The notes beneath the pieces are model-generated. The model was not told the origin of the DNA, did no database searches, and worked only from the letters and a program-made list of their open reading frames with translations. Of a stretch of DNA of 64,000 nt, positions 30,637 to 40,141 are shown piece by piece. The DNA is taken from assembly GCA_039588295.1 (NCBI GenBank), contig JBDHAB010000006.1, positions 64,001 through 128,000 of the forward strand, in the 5' to 3' direction. Source of the DNA: Gemmatimonadota bacterium. Its GTDB lineage: Bacteria > Gemmatimonadota > Gemmatimonadetes > Gemmatimonadales > GWC2-71-9. The position numbers and the translations under genes are program-made. Position 1 is the stretch's first letter; the number at the start of each line of letters is the position of its first letter.

Positions 30637-30932
30637 TGCTGTTCCTTTGACTAGTGGTCGGGTCGGGTTCAGCGCGCCGGATCCGACGTCAGATCAGCCC
30701 CTCCCAACCGCGTTCCCTGCAAGAAGGTAGGACTCAGGACGCCCGTGAGAACCTTCAATCTACCGCCTTGGCGCAGTCCCCCTCAAGCGGTACGGGCCCG
30801 TCTCGGCGGGCTCGGCACACGCCGGTCCCCGGGGGCCCTTGGCCCCCCATTGAGTCGATTTCCCGCCCGGCGGTTGACCTTGGGGCGACGGATCGCCAAG
30901 CTAGCTGTGTCCCTACGCCGCTGAGACACCCA

Positions 30933-31673
30933 ATGTCGATGGCCGATGCCCTTCGGGATGTGACGTTGTTCTCGCAGCTCCGTGACGACGATCTCGCACG
31001 GATCGGCGAGGCCGCGCGGCGTCGCACCTACTCCAAGAACAGCATCATCCTGCTCCAGCACAATCCGGTGGACGGGCTCTATCTGGTGGTGCAGGGGCGG
31101 GTGAAACTGGTGCAAACGGCCGAAGATGGGCGAGAGGTGATCCTCTCCACTCGCAGCGTCGGCGATTTCTTCGGCGAAATGTCGCTCGTCGACAACGAGC
31201 CAAGTGCTACAACGGTCATAGCGATGGACGATTCCGAGATCCTCGTGCTCCGACGCGAGGACTTCCAGCGGTGCCTCGAAGCCATGCCGCAGATCTCGTT
31301 CGGGCTCATGCGTTCGCTCTGCAGTCGACTCCGGCAGGCGGACCGGCGGATCAGCAGTCTCACGCTGCTCGATGTGCCGCAGCGCGTGGCCCATCTGCTG
31401 CTCGAGCTGGCCGATGAGAATGACGGCGTCCACGTGCTGCAGCCGCTCACGCACCAGGTGATCGCTCAGATTGTGGGTTCCAGCCGTGAAACGGTCACGC
31501 GGACGATGCGCCAGCTTGTAACCGACGGCTTGATCAGCGTGTCGCGGAAGTCGGTGGCCATGCCCAATCGTCGGCGCGGAGAAGCGCCCGGTGGGACCAC
31601 CATCCAGGTCCAGCGACGGGTGATCACCGTCCTGGATCGGGCACGAATGGAGGAAGCCGCCGCCCGAACGTAG
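30933..31673 (+). CDS. Crp/Fnr family transcriptional regulator
   Basis: cNMP-binding domain GDFFGEMSL; HTH THQVIAQIVGSSRETVTR. Confidence 0.92.
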   Translation: MSMADALRDVTLFSQLRDDDLARIGEAARRRTYSKNSIILLQHNPVDGLYLVVQGRVKLVQTAEDGREVILSTRSVGDFFGEMSLVDNEPSATTVIAMDDSEILVLRREDFQRCLEAMPQISFGLMRSLCSRLRQADRRISSLTLLDVPQRVAHLLLELADENDGVHVLQPLTHQVIAQIVGSSRETVTRTMRQLVTDGLISVSRKSVAMPNRRRGEAPGGTTIQVQRRVITVLDRARMEEAAART

Positions 31674-31713
31674 CCCGGCAGCGGCGGTGGAATCTCCAGA
31701 TTCCGCGGCTTGC

Positions 31714-32691
31714 CTAGCCGGCGGCGATCCTCAGCAGCTCCTCCTCGATCACACCGCGGAATAGCGCCACCTTGTAACCGTTGCGCTGGAGTGGAACGGC
31801 GTCCCGCATCGCCGCCGCCGCCGCCTCCGACGCCAACGCTGACGACAGGCTCTTCCCGACAATCACCGATTCCACCTCCCGAGAGCGCCACGGGACGGGT
31901 GCCGCCCCGCTCAGGACGACGCGCGCGTCGCTGACCCGGGTGCCGCTGAACCGAAGCGCGAGTGCCACGCCGGCGAGTGCAAAGTCCCATGCGCCACGAG
32001 CCCGCACCTTCCGATACGAGCTCCGCATTCCGTCACCGGGCCTCGGAAGCACGATCTCGGTAACGATTTCGTCGGGCGCGACGACGGTTTCGCGATGGAG
32101 GTCCGTATCCGGCAGGACGAAGAATTCGTCCATCGGCACCCTCCGGGTTCCCCGACTGCTGGCGAGGTGAACGGTCGCCCCGAGGGCCAGGAGCGCCGGC
32201 GCCGTGTCGGACGGATGTACGATGTAGCACCTCGAACCGCCGAGGATGCAATGGAACTCGTTCTCACCTGCGAGTGCGTAGCAGGTCGTCCCACCTTTGC
32301 GAAGGCAGTGGAACTCCCCGCGGAAGTACCAGCAGCGGGGTCGCTGGCAGATGTTCCCCCCCAACGTCCCCTGGTTACGCAACTGGGGGCTCGCAACTTC
32401 CGCCGCCGCTTGCGCCAGGGCAGGGTAGCGCTCTTGAACCACCTCGTGAGCGGCGACCTCGGCGACCGCGGTGAGCGCTCCAATCCTGAGGCCACCGTCC
32501 CGGAGCGACTCCACACCCCGGAGCTCGGCGAGCGCCGAGATGCTCACCACCTTCTGTGTGGCGAACACGCCGTCACGCATGCACCCAATGAGGTCGGTGC
32601 CACCAGCGTAGACCCTCGCCCCGTCCGCCGCGACGTGCTGCACCGCTTCATCGAGGGACTGGGCTCGGAGGTACGAGAATGTCGGCAACAT
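31714..32691 (-). CDS. Xanthine dehydrogenase-family FAD subunit (PaoB/YagS-like, with a Cys-rich 4Fe-4S insert)
   Basis: AGGTDL, SPQLRNQGTLGGN, RPRCWYFR...C...C...CYIVHPSD. Confidence 0.9.
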   Translation of the reverse strand: MLPTFSYLRAQSLDEAVQHVAADGARVYAGGTDLIGCMRDGVFATQKVVSISALAELRGVESLRDGGLRIGALTAVAEVAAHEVVQERYPALAQAAAEVASPQLRNQGTLGGNICQRPRCWYFRGEFHCLRKGGTTCYALAGENEFHCILGGSRCYIVHPSDTAPALLALGATVHLASSRGTRRVPMDEFFVLPDTDLHRETVVAPDEIVTEIVLPRPGDGMRSSYRKVRARGAWDFALAGVALALRFSGTRVSDARVVLSGAAPVPWRSREVESVIVGKSLSSALASEAAAAAMRDAVPLQRNGYKVALFRGVIEEELLRIAAG

Positions 32692-32694
32692 GGC

Positions 32695-35022
32695 TCAGCC
32701 CCCCCTCTCGGTCTCGGTGAGTGCTTGGACGAGGCGTGCCGGAGTCATGGGCGTTCCGGTCACACGCACTCCCGTGGCGTGATACACCGCGTTCGCGATC
32801 GCAGCCGCCGTCGGTATGGTCGCCGGCTCGCCGATACCCTTGGCACCCGCAATGTTCGCCTCGGGATCAGGCCTGTCGATCGGGACGCACGTCATGTCGG
32901 TCGGGACATCCATGGCCGTCGGGATCTTGTAGTCGTGCCAGTTCTTGTTGGCGAGTTTCCCGGTCTGATCCCGATCCAGCACCCGCGCCTCCGTCATGGC
33001 GAAGCCGATGCCCATCGTGATTCCCCCAAACACCTGGTTCTGGTACGTGAGACGGTTCATGACGCGTCCACTGTCGTGAGCGCCGAGGAAGCGGAGCACC
33101 CGCGTTTCACCGGTGCGGGTGTTCACTTCGACCTCGCAGAACTGGGCGGCAAAGGGAATTACCGCCTTCCCCGACGGATTGGGACCGCGGTAGCCGACAC
33201 CCGTAATCGAGCGGCGACGTCTGAGGCTCTGCAACCGTGAGATCTCGGTGGTCTTCGCGGAATCCGTCGTACACACGACCTTGCCGCGATCCAATTCGAG
33301 AGAGGACTGATCGACTTCCAGCTCTTGCGCCGCCATCTCGAGGAGTTGCTGCTTCACCTCGATCGCGGCCGCGCGTACGGTCGGCGCCTCCGTGGGCACC
33401 GTCTTGCTGCCGCCGCTCGCCGTCGCAAACTGCGTACTGCTGGTATCGGCATGCTCGACCTGGATGTCGGCTGGATCCACGCCGAGTTCTTCGGCCGCCG
33501 CCATCGCCATCACCGTCTTCGTACCGGTTCCGATGTCGCTCGCCCCCATGTTGAGATTGACGCTGCCGTCCGCAAAGAGCTTGACGATCACGGTGGACGG
33601 CGGTCCACCGCCACCCGCGACCCACAGGGCGGCCGCCATCCCAACGCCGCGACGGACATGGCCCGAATCCTGGGCGTTGTGTGAGCGGCGGCGTGCCTCC
33701 GCCCATCCGAAGGCTTCTGCGCCCTTCGTGAGGCACTCTGCGAGCCCAGTCGTCGTGTACGGAGGGGCGCCGTCCCGGGCCTGGCTGACCGTCGGAACGT
33801 TCTTGAGGCGCAATTCCACCGGGTCCATGCCGATGGCGTCGGCCAGGGCATCCATCATCTGCTCGAGTGCCCAGGCGCACTGTGGATGACCGGGAGCTCG
33901 AAACGGCCGGGCCGGTCCGGCGTGGATGTAGAGATCCGTCAGTTCTGTGCGGACGTTTGGGCACGTGTAGAGATCCTTCACCAGCCAGTCGAGGGCAGAG
34001 GTGCCACCGGCTCGGAACGCACCCCCCGTGCCAGTCGCGTGGTACTCGAGGGCCGTGAGCGTGCCGTCCCGTCTGACCCCGGCCTTGAGCCTCATGTTGG
34101 CCGGCGGTCGGTTCCCGACCGTCAGGTACGTTTCCTCCCGGGTCAGGAACAGCTTGACTGGCCGGGCCGTCCGCTTGGCGAGCAGCGCTGCAATCAGCGT
34201 GTACTTGCCGGCGCCGAGCTTGCTCCCGAAGCCGCCGCCCATGTAGTGGCCGACGACACGAACCTTGGAAAGCGGTAGGTCCAGGGCCGCCGCGACCTGC
34301 GCTTGCACGTTGTACACGCCCTGTGTCGACTCCCACACGGTGAGACTGTCACCATCCCATTTGGCCACACAACCGTGCAGCTCCATTGGCGTGTGGATTT
34401 CACACTCGGTGCGGTATTCCTGCTGGAGGACGACATCGGCTTCCGCGAACCCACGCTCGGCATCGCCGCGCTCGTACACCTGCGTCGGTGATACCTGGTT
34501 CCCGGAATCGTGCACCTTGGGTGCGTCCGCCTCGAGTGCCCTCCGTTCATCGGCGAGGAACGGCTGGACGTCGTACGCGACGTGAACGGCGCGGATGGCG
34601 TCCCATGCCTGGTACGGTGTGTCGGCGGCGACGGCGGCGACGGGCTCTCCCTCGTAGCGGCAGTGATGCGGCATGAGCCGGTCGCGGATGAGATCGGCGT
34701 ACGCCTGTGTTGCTCGGTCACCTTGAAAGGCGCTGAGCACCGCACGAACACCCGGCAGCTTCTCGGCCTGTGCGGTGTCCACGTTGGTGACGACGGCATG
34801 TGGATGGGGGCACCGCAGAATGGCCCCGAACACCATGCGGGGGAGCGAGACGTCCGAAGGGTAGACGGCGGACCCGCTCACGCGCTCGTAGCCGTCGATG
34901 CGCGGCAATGGCTTGCCGACGACTTTGGTTTCCCCCCAGGGTTCCGGGTCCGAGGCGGGTGGTGGGGTCTCTGGTACGTCGACGCCCTCGGTGTAGTAGC
35001 GGAGATCGTGTTGGTCGCTCAT
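32695..35022 (-). CDS. Xanthine dehydrogenase-family molybdopterin subunit
   Basis: GGGFGSK, FRAPG, DIGTGT, SGGS, AKGIGEP. ATG 35022 overlaps the upstream stop. Confidence 0.92.
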   Translation of the reverse strand: MSDQHDLRYYTEGVDVPETPPPASDPEPWGETKVVGKPLPRIDGYERVSGSAVYPSDVSLPRMVFGAILRCPHPHAVVTNVDTAQAEKLPGVRAVLSAFQGDRATQAYADLIRDRLMPHHCRYEGEPVAAVAADTPYQAWDAIRAVHVAYDVQPFLADERRALEADAPKVHDSGNQVSPTQVYERGDAERGFAEADVVLQQEYRTECEIHTPMELHGCVAKWDGDSLTVWESTQGVYNVQAQVAAALDLPLSKVRVVGHYMGGGFGSKLGAGKYTLIAALLAKRTARPVKLFLTREETYLTVGNRPPANMRLKAGVRRDGTLTALEYHATGTGGAFRAGGTSALDWLVKDLYTCPNVRTELTDLYIHAGPARPFRAPGHPQCAWALEQMMDALADAIGMDPVELRLKNVPTVSQARDGAPPYTTTGLAECLTKGAEAFGWAEARRRSHNAQDSGHVRRGVGMAAALWVAGGGGPPSTVIVKLFADGSVNLNMGASDIGTGTKTVMAMAAAEELGVDPADIQVEHADTSSTQFATASGGSKTVPTEAPTVRAAAIEVKQQLLEMAAQELEVDQSSLELDRGKVVCTTDSAKTTEISRLQSLRRRRSITGVGYRGPNPSGKAVIPFAAQFCEVEVNTRTGETRVLRFLGAHDSGRVMNRLTYQNQVFGGITMGIGFAMTEARVLDRDQTGKLANKNWHDYKIPTAMDVPTDMTCVPIDRPDPEANIAGAKGIGEPATIPTAAAIANAVYHATGVRVTGTPMTPARLVQALTETERGG

Positions 35023-35666
35023 GAGGCACCTCCCACGTCCCGCTTGAGTTCGGACGCGCGTCGTGCCGCGGCGAAGATGTGCGCGTAGGCACCACACCGG
35101 CACAGGTTGCCGCTCATGGCGCGTCGGATTTCGTCGAGCGGTGGATCGCTGCTGGCCCGCACCAGACCCTCAGTTGCCATGATCTGGCCTGGAGTGCAGT
35201 AGCCGCACTGGTAGGCGTCCTTTTCGAGGAACGCCTGCTGGGTCGGGCCGAGCTCCTCGCCGTCCATGAGGCCTTCGAGCGTCGTGATCGTCGTGCCTTC
35301 GGCTTCGACGGCGAGGGTCATGCAGGCGTAGCGTGGTGTGTCGTTCATGAGCACCGTGCACGCGCCACATTCCCCTCGTTCGCAGCCGACCTTCGTACCG
35401 GTGAGGCCAAGTCGCTCCCGCAGGACGTACGTGAGCGACCACCGCGGCTCGACGAGGAGCTGATGACGTCGTCCATTGACGTGCAGCGAGACCTTGGTGA
35501 GTTCTGTGGCCTCAACTACCGCGTTCGGGGGTGTCTGGGCAGCAACGCGAGTTGCCGCAGCAACTGAGAGCGCGCCGGTTCCCACGGAGGTGAGAAACCC
35601 GCGGCGCGACACGGCTCCGCGTCCCTCCTGCGCTTGCTCGGTACGGTCGGACGGCGCTTCGGCCAT
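35019..35666 (-). CDS. 2Fe-2S subunit with Tat signal (PaoA/YagT-like)
   Basis: Twin-arginine SRRGFL; GCERGECGACTV, QCGYCTPG, NLCRC. Confidence 0.92.
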   Translation of the reverse strand: MAEAPSDRTEQAQEGRGAVSRRGFLTSVGTGALSVAAATRVAAQTPPNAVVEATELTKVSLHVNGRRHQLLVEPRWSLTYVLRERLGLTGTKVGCERGECGACTVLMNDTPRYACMTLAVEAEGTTITTLEGLMDGEELGPTQQAFLEKDAYQCGYCTPGQIMATEGLVRASSDPPLDEIRRAMSGNLCRCGAYAHIFAAARRASELKRDVGGAS

Positions 35667-35807
35667 GAGGATGCCTCCTTGCACCGGTATGGTGACGGGC
35701 GTGCCACAGCGCCGATTGGGGAAAGCAGCTCACGGAGGTTTCGGCGCTCCACGCCACCGGTGCGCCGGGTGGTGCCGCACCGGGTGCTGTCTAGTGCAGC
35801 GGATGGC

Positions 35808-35836
35808 ATGAAGGGCTCATGAAGGAGGGATGAAGG
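35808..35836 (-). promoter_or_regulatory. Three heptamer direct repeats at 11-bp period (CCTTCAT-N4 on the minus strand)
   Basis: ATGAAGG occurs exactly at 35808, 35819 and 35830, about 140 bp upstream of the molybdoenzyme operon. Confidence 0.55.
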
Positions 35837-35865
35837 CCGCCCCAGGGCCCTGTCTCCGTTCGACG

Positions 35866-36639
35866 TCAGCGGCCGCGGACGAGGGCAAGCACCTCGGGCA
35901 GAAGCACTTGCGTGGTCGCCATCGCTTCTCGTGCGTGGATCGTCTCATTCCCGTCCCAGTCCCCGAAGAAGCCGCCGGCCTCGCGGAGTATGGCGGGGAA
36001 CGGTGCGCAGTCCCACGTGCTCATGATCGGATCCAACGCCACCTCGGCACGGCCGGTGGCTACGAGCAGATAGGCGTACGCGTCGGCCCAACCTGCGCAG
36101 AATCCGGCGGTGCGGGAGAGCCGCTGCCAGGCCGGATGGCGCCCGGATCGTTCCATTGCCGCCACATTCCCGTGCGTGAGGATACCATCTCGGAGAGTCG
36201 CGACACCGGAAACGCGTGTCGGACGTCCATTCCAGGTGCATCCCTGGCCGGTTGCGGCAGCGAGCATCTCCTCGAGCGCCGGGAAGTACGCCACGCCGAC
36301 CTCACATCGACCGTCGATCTCCAGACCGAGCAGCACCGCGTACAGTGGAACGCCGCGGACGAACGCGCGCGTACCGTCGATGGGATCGATGAACCATCGG
36401 TGGCTCGCGTCGTCGGAGTCTGCTCCGCCGAATTCCTCGCCGACGATGGCGTGGCCGGGGTAGGCCGCTTCGATGCGGGCGCGGATCAGCTCCTCCGCCT
36501 GCCGGTCAGCGACCGTGACGGGGGACTCGTCGTCCTTGAGCTCCGGACGGAGTCCTGTTTGGAAGTATCCCATCGTGAGCCGGCCGGCCTGCCAGGCCGT
36601 GTCGGTCGCGAAGTCGAGCAAGGATCGGAGAGACGGCAC
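35866..36639 (-). CDS. Inositol monophosphatase-family phosphatase (histidinol-phosphatase HisN-like)
   Basis: SPVTVADR, GEEFG, WFIDPIDGT, WDCAP. GTG 36639 has a GGGAGG RBS. Confidence 0.88.
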   Translation of the reverse strand: MPSLRSLLDFATDTAWQAGRLTMGYFQTGLRPELKDDESPVTVADRQAEELIRARIEAAYPGHAIVGEEFGGADSDDASHRWFIDPIDGTRAFVRGVPLYAVLLGLEIDGRCEVGVAYFPALEEMLAAATGQGCTWNGRPTRVSGVATLRDGILTHGNVAAMERSGRHPAWQRLSRTAGFCAGWADAYAYLLVATGRAEVALDPIMSTWDCAPFPAILREAGGFFGDWDGNETIHAREAMATTQVLLPEVLALVRGR

Positions 36640-36757
36640 GAGTATCCTCCCTGGGATGGCGCGGCGTGGTTTCGCGGCGCAACGTAACATTCCGGACATC
36701 GCTGAGCAGGATGGTGCCGTTGGGGGTGGGATCCCGTCGGACGACCGGTTAGCCGCG

Positions 36758-39394
36758 TCAGAAGTCGATTGCGACGCTATCCGAGGGTTGCGGTGTGGAC
36801 TCAAGACCCTCCAGGCTCTTCCAGTGCTCGGTACCCGGTTCACCCACATACACGGTGTAGATCCCCGGTGAAAACGCCCAGGGTCGAAACCGATTCCCGG
36901 TGATCCGAATGGTGTAGACCGTCTCGCCCGACTGCTCGTCCACGACCCGAACGACCGGATCGTGCACACCGCGCACGTCAATCGTCGGCAGGTGTTGTGT
37001 GCGTTCCCTCCCGTAGTTCATCTGCTGCTCGAAGGTCACGGGCCACCCCGCGTACGGTCCGTCTCCCGCGGACGGATCGGCCCAACGCGGCCACGCCTCG
37101 AGGCTGATCTGCCGCGTCGCTCGGGTGAACCGAGCTATGCCGTAGCCAGGAGCGCGATCGTGTAGCCGGGCGGGCTTGCGGCCCGAGATTCTTGGGTTCG
37201 ACACTGCATGCACGGTGATCTTGTTGCCAAACCCGTCTTCGTAGTCACCCGTATAGCGCGGCGTCACTGGACCGCTGTTCTGGCCGCGCAGAGGGGGGTA
37301 CCAGCGCCGCGGCCAGAAGTTGGCGATCGAGGGCACGCAGAGCGCAAAGCCAGCGTCGCGCCATGTGTCCACGCCGTACTGAATGGTGCTCCCCAGGTGT
37401 TGATCGCCGGCCAAGTGCACCGCGAATCCCTTCCGTATCACGCGCAGTGCTCGGCTGCGGCCCGACTGCGGCCATCCGTTGGAGTCCAAGTCGCTCACAA
37501 CTCGCTCTCCCGTCGCGTACTCGCCCGCTTCGAGAATCGGCAGTGACGGAATGACTGAGCCAGTCGTGGCCGTGTCCGGCAGGGTTGCCACATTGGCGAA
37601 GATCGTTTGGGACAGGACGACCTTCATCCACGTGCCATGAGCCCAGTCCGCAGCCCAGTCTTCGAGGAACGCCAGTTGCCCCTCGCCGAGAAGCACCGCG
37701 CCCGACACATCGGCCTCCTGTTGTGCGTCGAACCTCGGATTGAGCGGCCACCCGTTCCACACGTTGGCCTCTGGCAGCAACCCCTTCGGCGCCGACTTGA
37801 ACTTCCGGTCTTCCAAGACGGCAAAGCTCACGCCACCGTACAGGATGTCGGTGTAATACACACCGATCTCATGTTGATCCGGTGTTGGGTTGTACGGATC
37901 GGGCAGATGACTGGTCTGCGTGCGCTGGACCATGTTCACCCAGTCCGCCGGTAGCTTGTAGCCACCGGCATCCTGCGCGGCGGCTCCGCTCGTCCCTGGC
38001 GGCGTCGCCTTACCGCCCGCCCCCCAGACGTTCCCGTGAAAGACGTCGTGATCGTCGGGAATCGTGACCGATGGGATCTCCGCGGTCAGCTCGCCGAACG
38101 CCCAGTACCACAGATACCACTTGTAGAGGTAATCCTCGTACGGCCGTTCAAAGTCAGCCCTGGTGGGACTGGCGCCTTCATAGACCTGGTCTCCACTGAA
38201 GAAGAGGAAATCGGGATCGTGCAACTGCACATGGCGCACGATATCGGTGTGTGGGAACCAGACCCCGCTGTCCCATGGGAACCAGTTGCGATCGACCCCG
38301 ACCGCAACATTGTGATTGCCAGTGAATGCAGCGACGATGATGTCGTCAGCGTCCCGTGGATCACGGCGGATCGTACCGTTGGCATAGTGGGGCGTGGAGG
38401 GCCCGTCAGTTCCGACTAGCTCGTAGACAACGCGAAACGGTGCATCCCGGGTGTCGTCCCAGTCGTCGACCGTGAACGTGGCGGTGTAACTCGGGACGAC
38501 GACCTCGGTACTGGCGACCGTCCTCCAGACGCCACCGTCTTCTGCCTGGAGTTCTACCATTGGGTTGTCATCCGGACCGATGGGCATGAACTGCGCGGTG
38601 AGCCGTAACCGACCCCGACTCAGAGTGTGTTGGGTGCCGAGGATGGGACCGACCGCACGGTCCTCGTGGTGTTCGAGTTTCATGCCTCGCGCCGTGAAGT
38701 CGGAAAACCAGAAACGAGTCCGTCCTCCGTCGCGCGCGTCAGCCACCAGGGCCACGTTGCCGGTGAGGCGTTCGCGGGGCATGCCAGCCGTCGTGACCTG
38801 AATGGTGTCAGTGGCCGCATTCCACAGTGCAGCTCGGAGCGTAATCTCGTAGGCTCCGGCCCGCGGACGTGCCGTCAGCACGAGGGAGACGGAATCGACC
38901 GGACCGCGTGGCGTCTCCGTCTGGATGATGACCAGATCCTCGTGTTCGAGGTCCCGCAGGAACGCGCGTCCCTCCGTATCCACGCCGGCGTACAGGCCCG
39001 CTGAGGGCCCACGACTGTGATGGATCAACGCAGCCGCGCGATAGTCTAGGCCGCGACCCGCGCCGATCAGGAATCCAGCCGAGCTGCGACCGCTGTCATG
39101 AGGCGACGGCTCCAGGAGACCAACGGTCATGGAGAGCTCGACATCACCGCCTCGGTCGCCGAGCTGTCGCGTGAGCAGGTGGGCCGTGCGCATCGGTAAT
39201 GGTGTGACCGACTCCAGGCGACCATTGGCAACGCGCCAGTCCTGTAGCCGGTTCGCCCAGAACGCGGGACCGACCCAGCGTCGGTCGGGGCTCGAGTCCC
39301 AGCTACTGCGGAATGACCCGCCATTGTCCAGATCGCAACCCGCTGCGAGCGAAGTCGCGAGCACGAGCAGGCGTAAGATTCGCCGGGACATCAT
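36758..39394 (-). CDS. PhoD-like metallophosphatase, exported or lipoprotein
   Basis: Lipobox-like AAGC; FSGDQVYE, PDDHDV, LEDRKFK, LAGDQH. Confidence 0.82.
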   Translation of the reverse strand: MMSRRILRLLVLATSLAAGCDLDNGGSFRSSWDSSPDRRWVGPAFWANRLQDWRVANGRLESVTPLPMRTAHLLTRQLGDRGGDVELSMTVGLLEPSPHDSGRSSAGFLIGAGRGLDYRAAALIHHSRGPSAGLYAGVDTEGRAFLRDLEHEDLVIIQTETPRGPVDSVSLVLTARPRAGAYEITLRAALWNAATDTIQVTTAGMPRERLTGNVALVADARDGGRTRFWFSDFTARGMKLEHHEDRAVGPILGTQHTLSRGRLRLTAQFMPIGPDDNPMVELQAEDGGVWRTVASTEVVVPSYTATFTVDDWDDTRDAPFRVVYELVGTDGPSTPHYANGTIRRDPRDADDIIVAAFTGNHNVAVGVDRNWFPWDSGVWFPHTDIVRHVQLHDPDFLFFSGDQVYEGASPTRADFERPYEDYLYKWYLWYWAFGELTAEIPSVTIPDDHDVFHGNVWGAGGKATPPGTSGAAAQDAGGYKLPADWVNMVQRTQTSHLPDPYNPTPDQHEIGVYYTDILYGGVSFAVLEDRKFKSAPKGLLPEANVWNGWPLNPRFDAQQEADVSGAVLLGEGQLAFLEDWAADWAHGTWMKVVLSQTIFANVATLPDTATTGSVIPSLPILEAGEYATGERVVSDLDSNGWPQSGRSRALRVIRKGFAVHLAGDQHLGSTIQYGVDTWRDAGFALCVPSIANFWPRRWYPPLRGQNSGPVTPRYTGDYEDGFGNKITVHAVSNPRISGRKPARLHDRAPGYGIARFTRATRQISLEAWPRWADPSAGDGPYAGWPVTFEQQMNYGRERTQHLPTIDVRGVHDPVVRVVDEQSGETVYTIRITGNRFRPWAFSPGIYTVYVGEPGTEHWKSLEGLESTPQPSDSVAIDF

Positions 39395-39617
39395 TTCTGT
39401 CTCCTCTCGACCTGGTGGCAGGTGCGGGCGTCCACTGGCGAGGCCTGGGAAGGCCAGGGGATGGCCCACAACGTCAGAGCCGCGATTTCGTCCCCTAGCC
39501 CGGCACTCGGCCCCCTCGTATTCTACAGGTCAATTCCGCTGGGGGTGACTGCTACCCGGTCACCCGCCGCAGCCGGGTACACGAGACTCCAAGGTTCAAC
39601 CTCGAGAGGATGCACTG

Positions 39618-40058
39618 ATGCCCGATCCCACACCTCAGACTTACGCAAACCACCGAAAGATCGTGCCGCTGTATCACATCGTGACCTCCCTATTGCTACT
39701 CGTGAACGCCGGCTACGCCATCTGGATGACAGTGACTCGCTTCTCCTTCTCGAGCCTCGTGTATCTCGGGACGGCGGTAGCGCTCGTTCTCATGTTCTGG
39801 TACTTGCGGGTGTTCGCGACCGGCGTGCAGGACCGGGTGATTCGGGTGGAGGAGCGGCTCCGTTTCCAGAAGATCCTGCCGGAGTCCCTGAAGCCCCGGA
39901 TCAATGAGCTCACGACGGGGCAGTGCGTCGGTCTCCGCTTTGCCAGTGATGCTGAGTTGCCCTCCCTGGCGCAGCGGGTGCTCGACGAGAACATCCAGGA
40001 CAAGGAAGCGATCAAGAAACTGATCAAGGAATGGCGTCCGGACGACGCACGAATCTGA
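39618..40058 (+). CDS. Conserved small membrane protein (DUF6526-like)
   Basis: QTYANH N-terminus, two TM segments, VQDRVIRVEERLR, LRFASDAEL. Confidence 0.75.
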   Translation: MPDPTPQTYANHRKIVPLYHIVTSLLLLVNAGYAIWMTVTRFSFSSLVYLGTAVALVLMFWYLRVFATGVQDRVIRVEERLRFQKILPESLKPRINELTTGQCVGLRFASDAELPSLAQRVLDENIQDKEAIKKLIKEWRPDDARI

Positions 40059-40071
40059 GACGGCGAGTGTG

Positions 40072-40130
40072 TAAGAGATAAGAGATAAGGGATAAGGGAT
40101 AAGGGGTAAGGGAGAAGGGAACGGGAAAGG
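40072..40130 (+). repeat. Purine-rich 7-bp tandem repeat (TAAGGGA-like), about 7-8 degenerating units
   Basis: taagaga taagaga taaggga taaggga taagggg taaggga gaaggga ..., intergenic. Confidence 0.85.
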
Positions 40131-40141
40131 GGGGAACGTCT

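Noticed and set aside
35686..35706. TGGCAC on the minus strand upstream of the molybdoenzyme operon as a sigma-54 promoter
   Set aside because: No TTGC/GC at the required -12 spacing.
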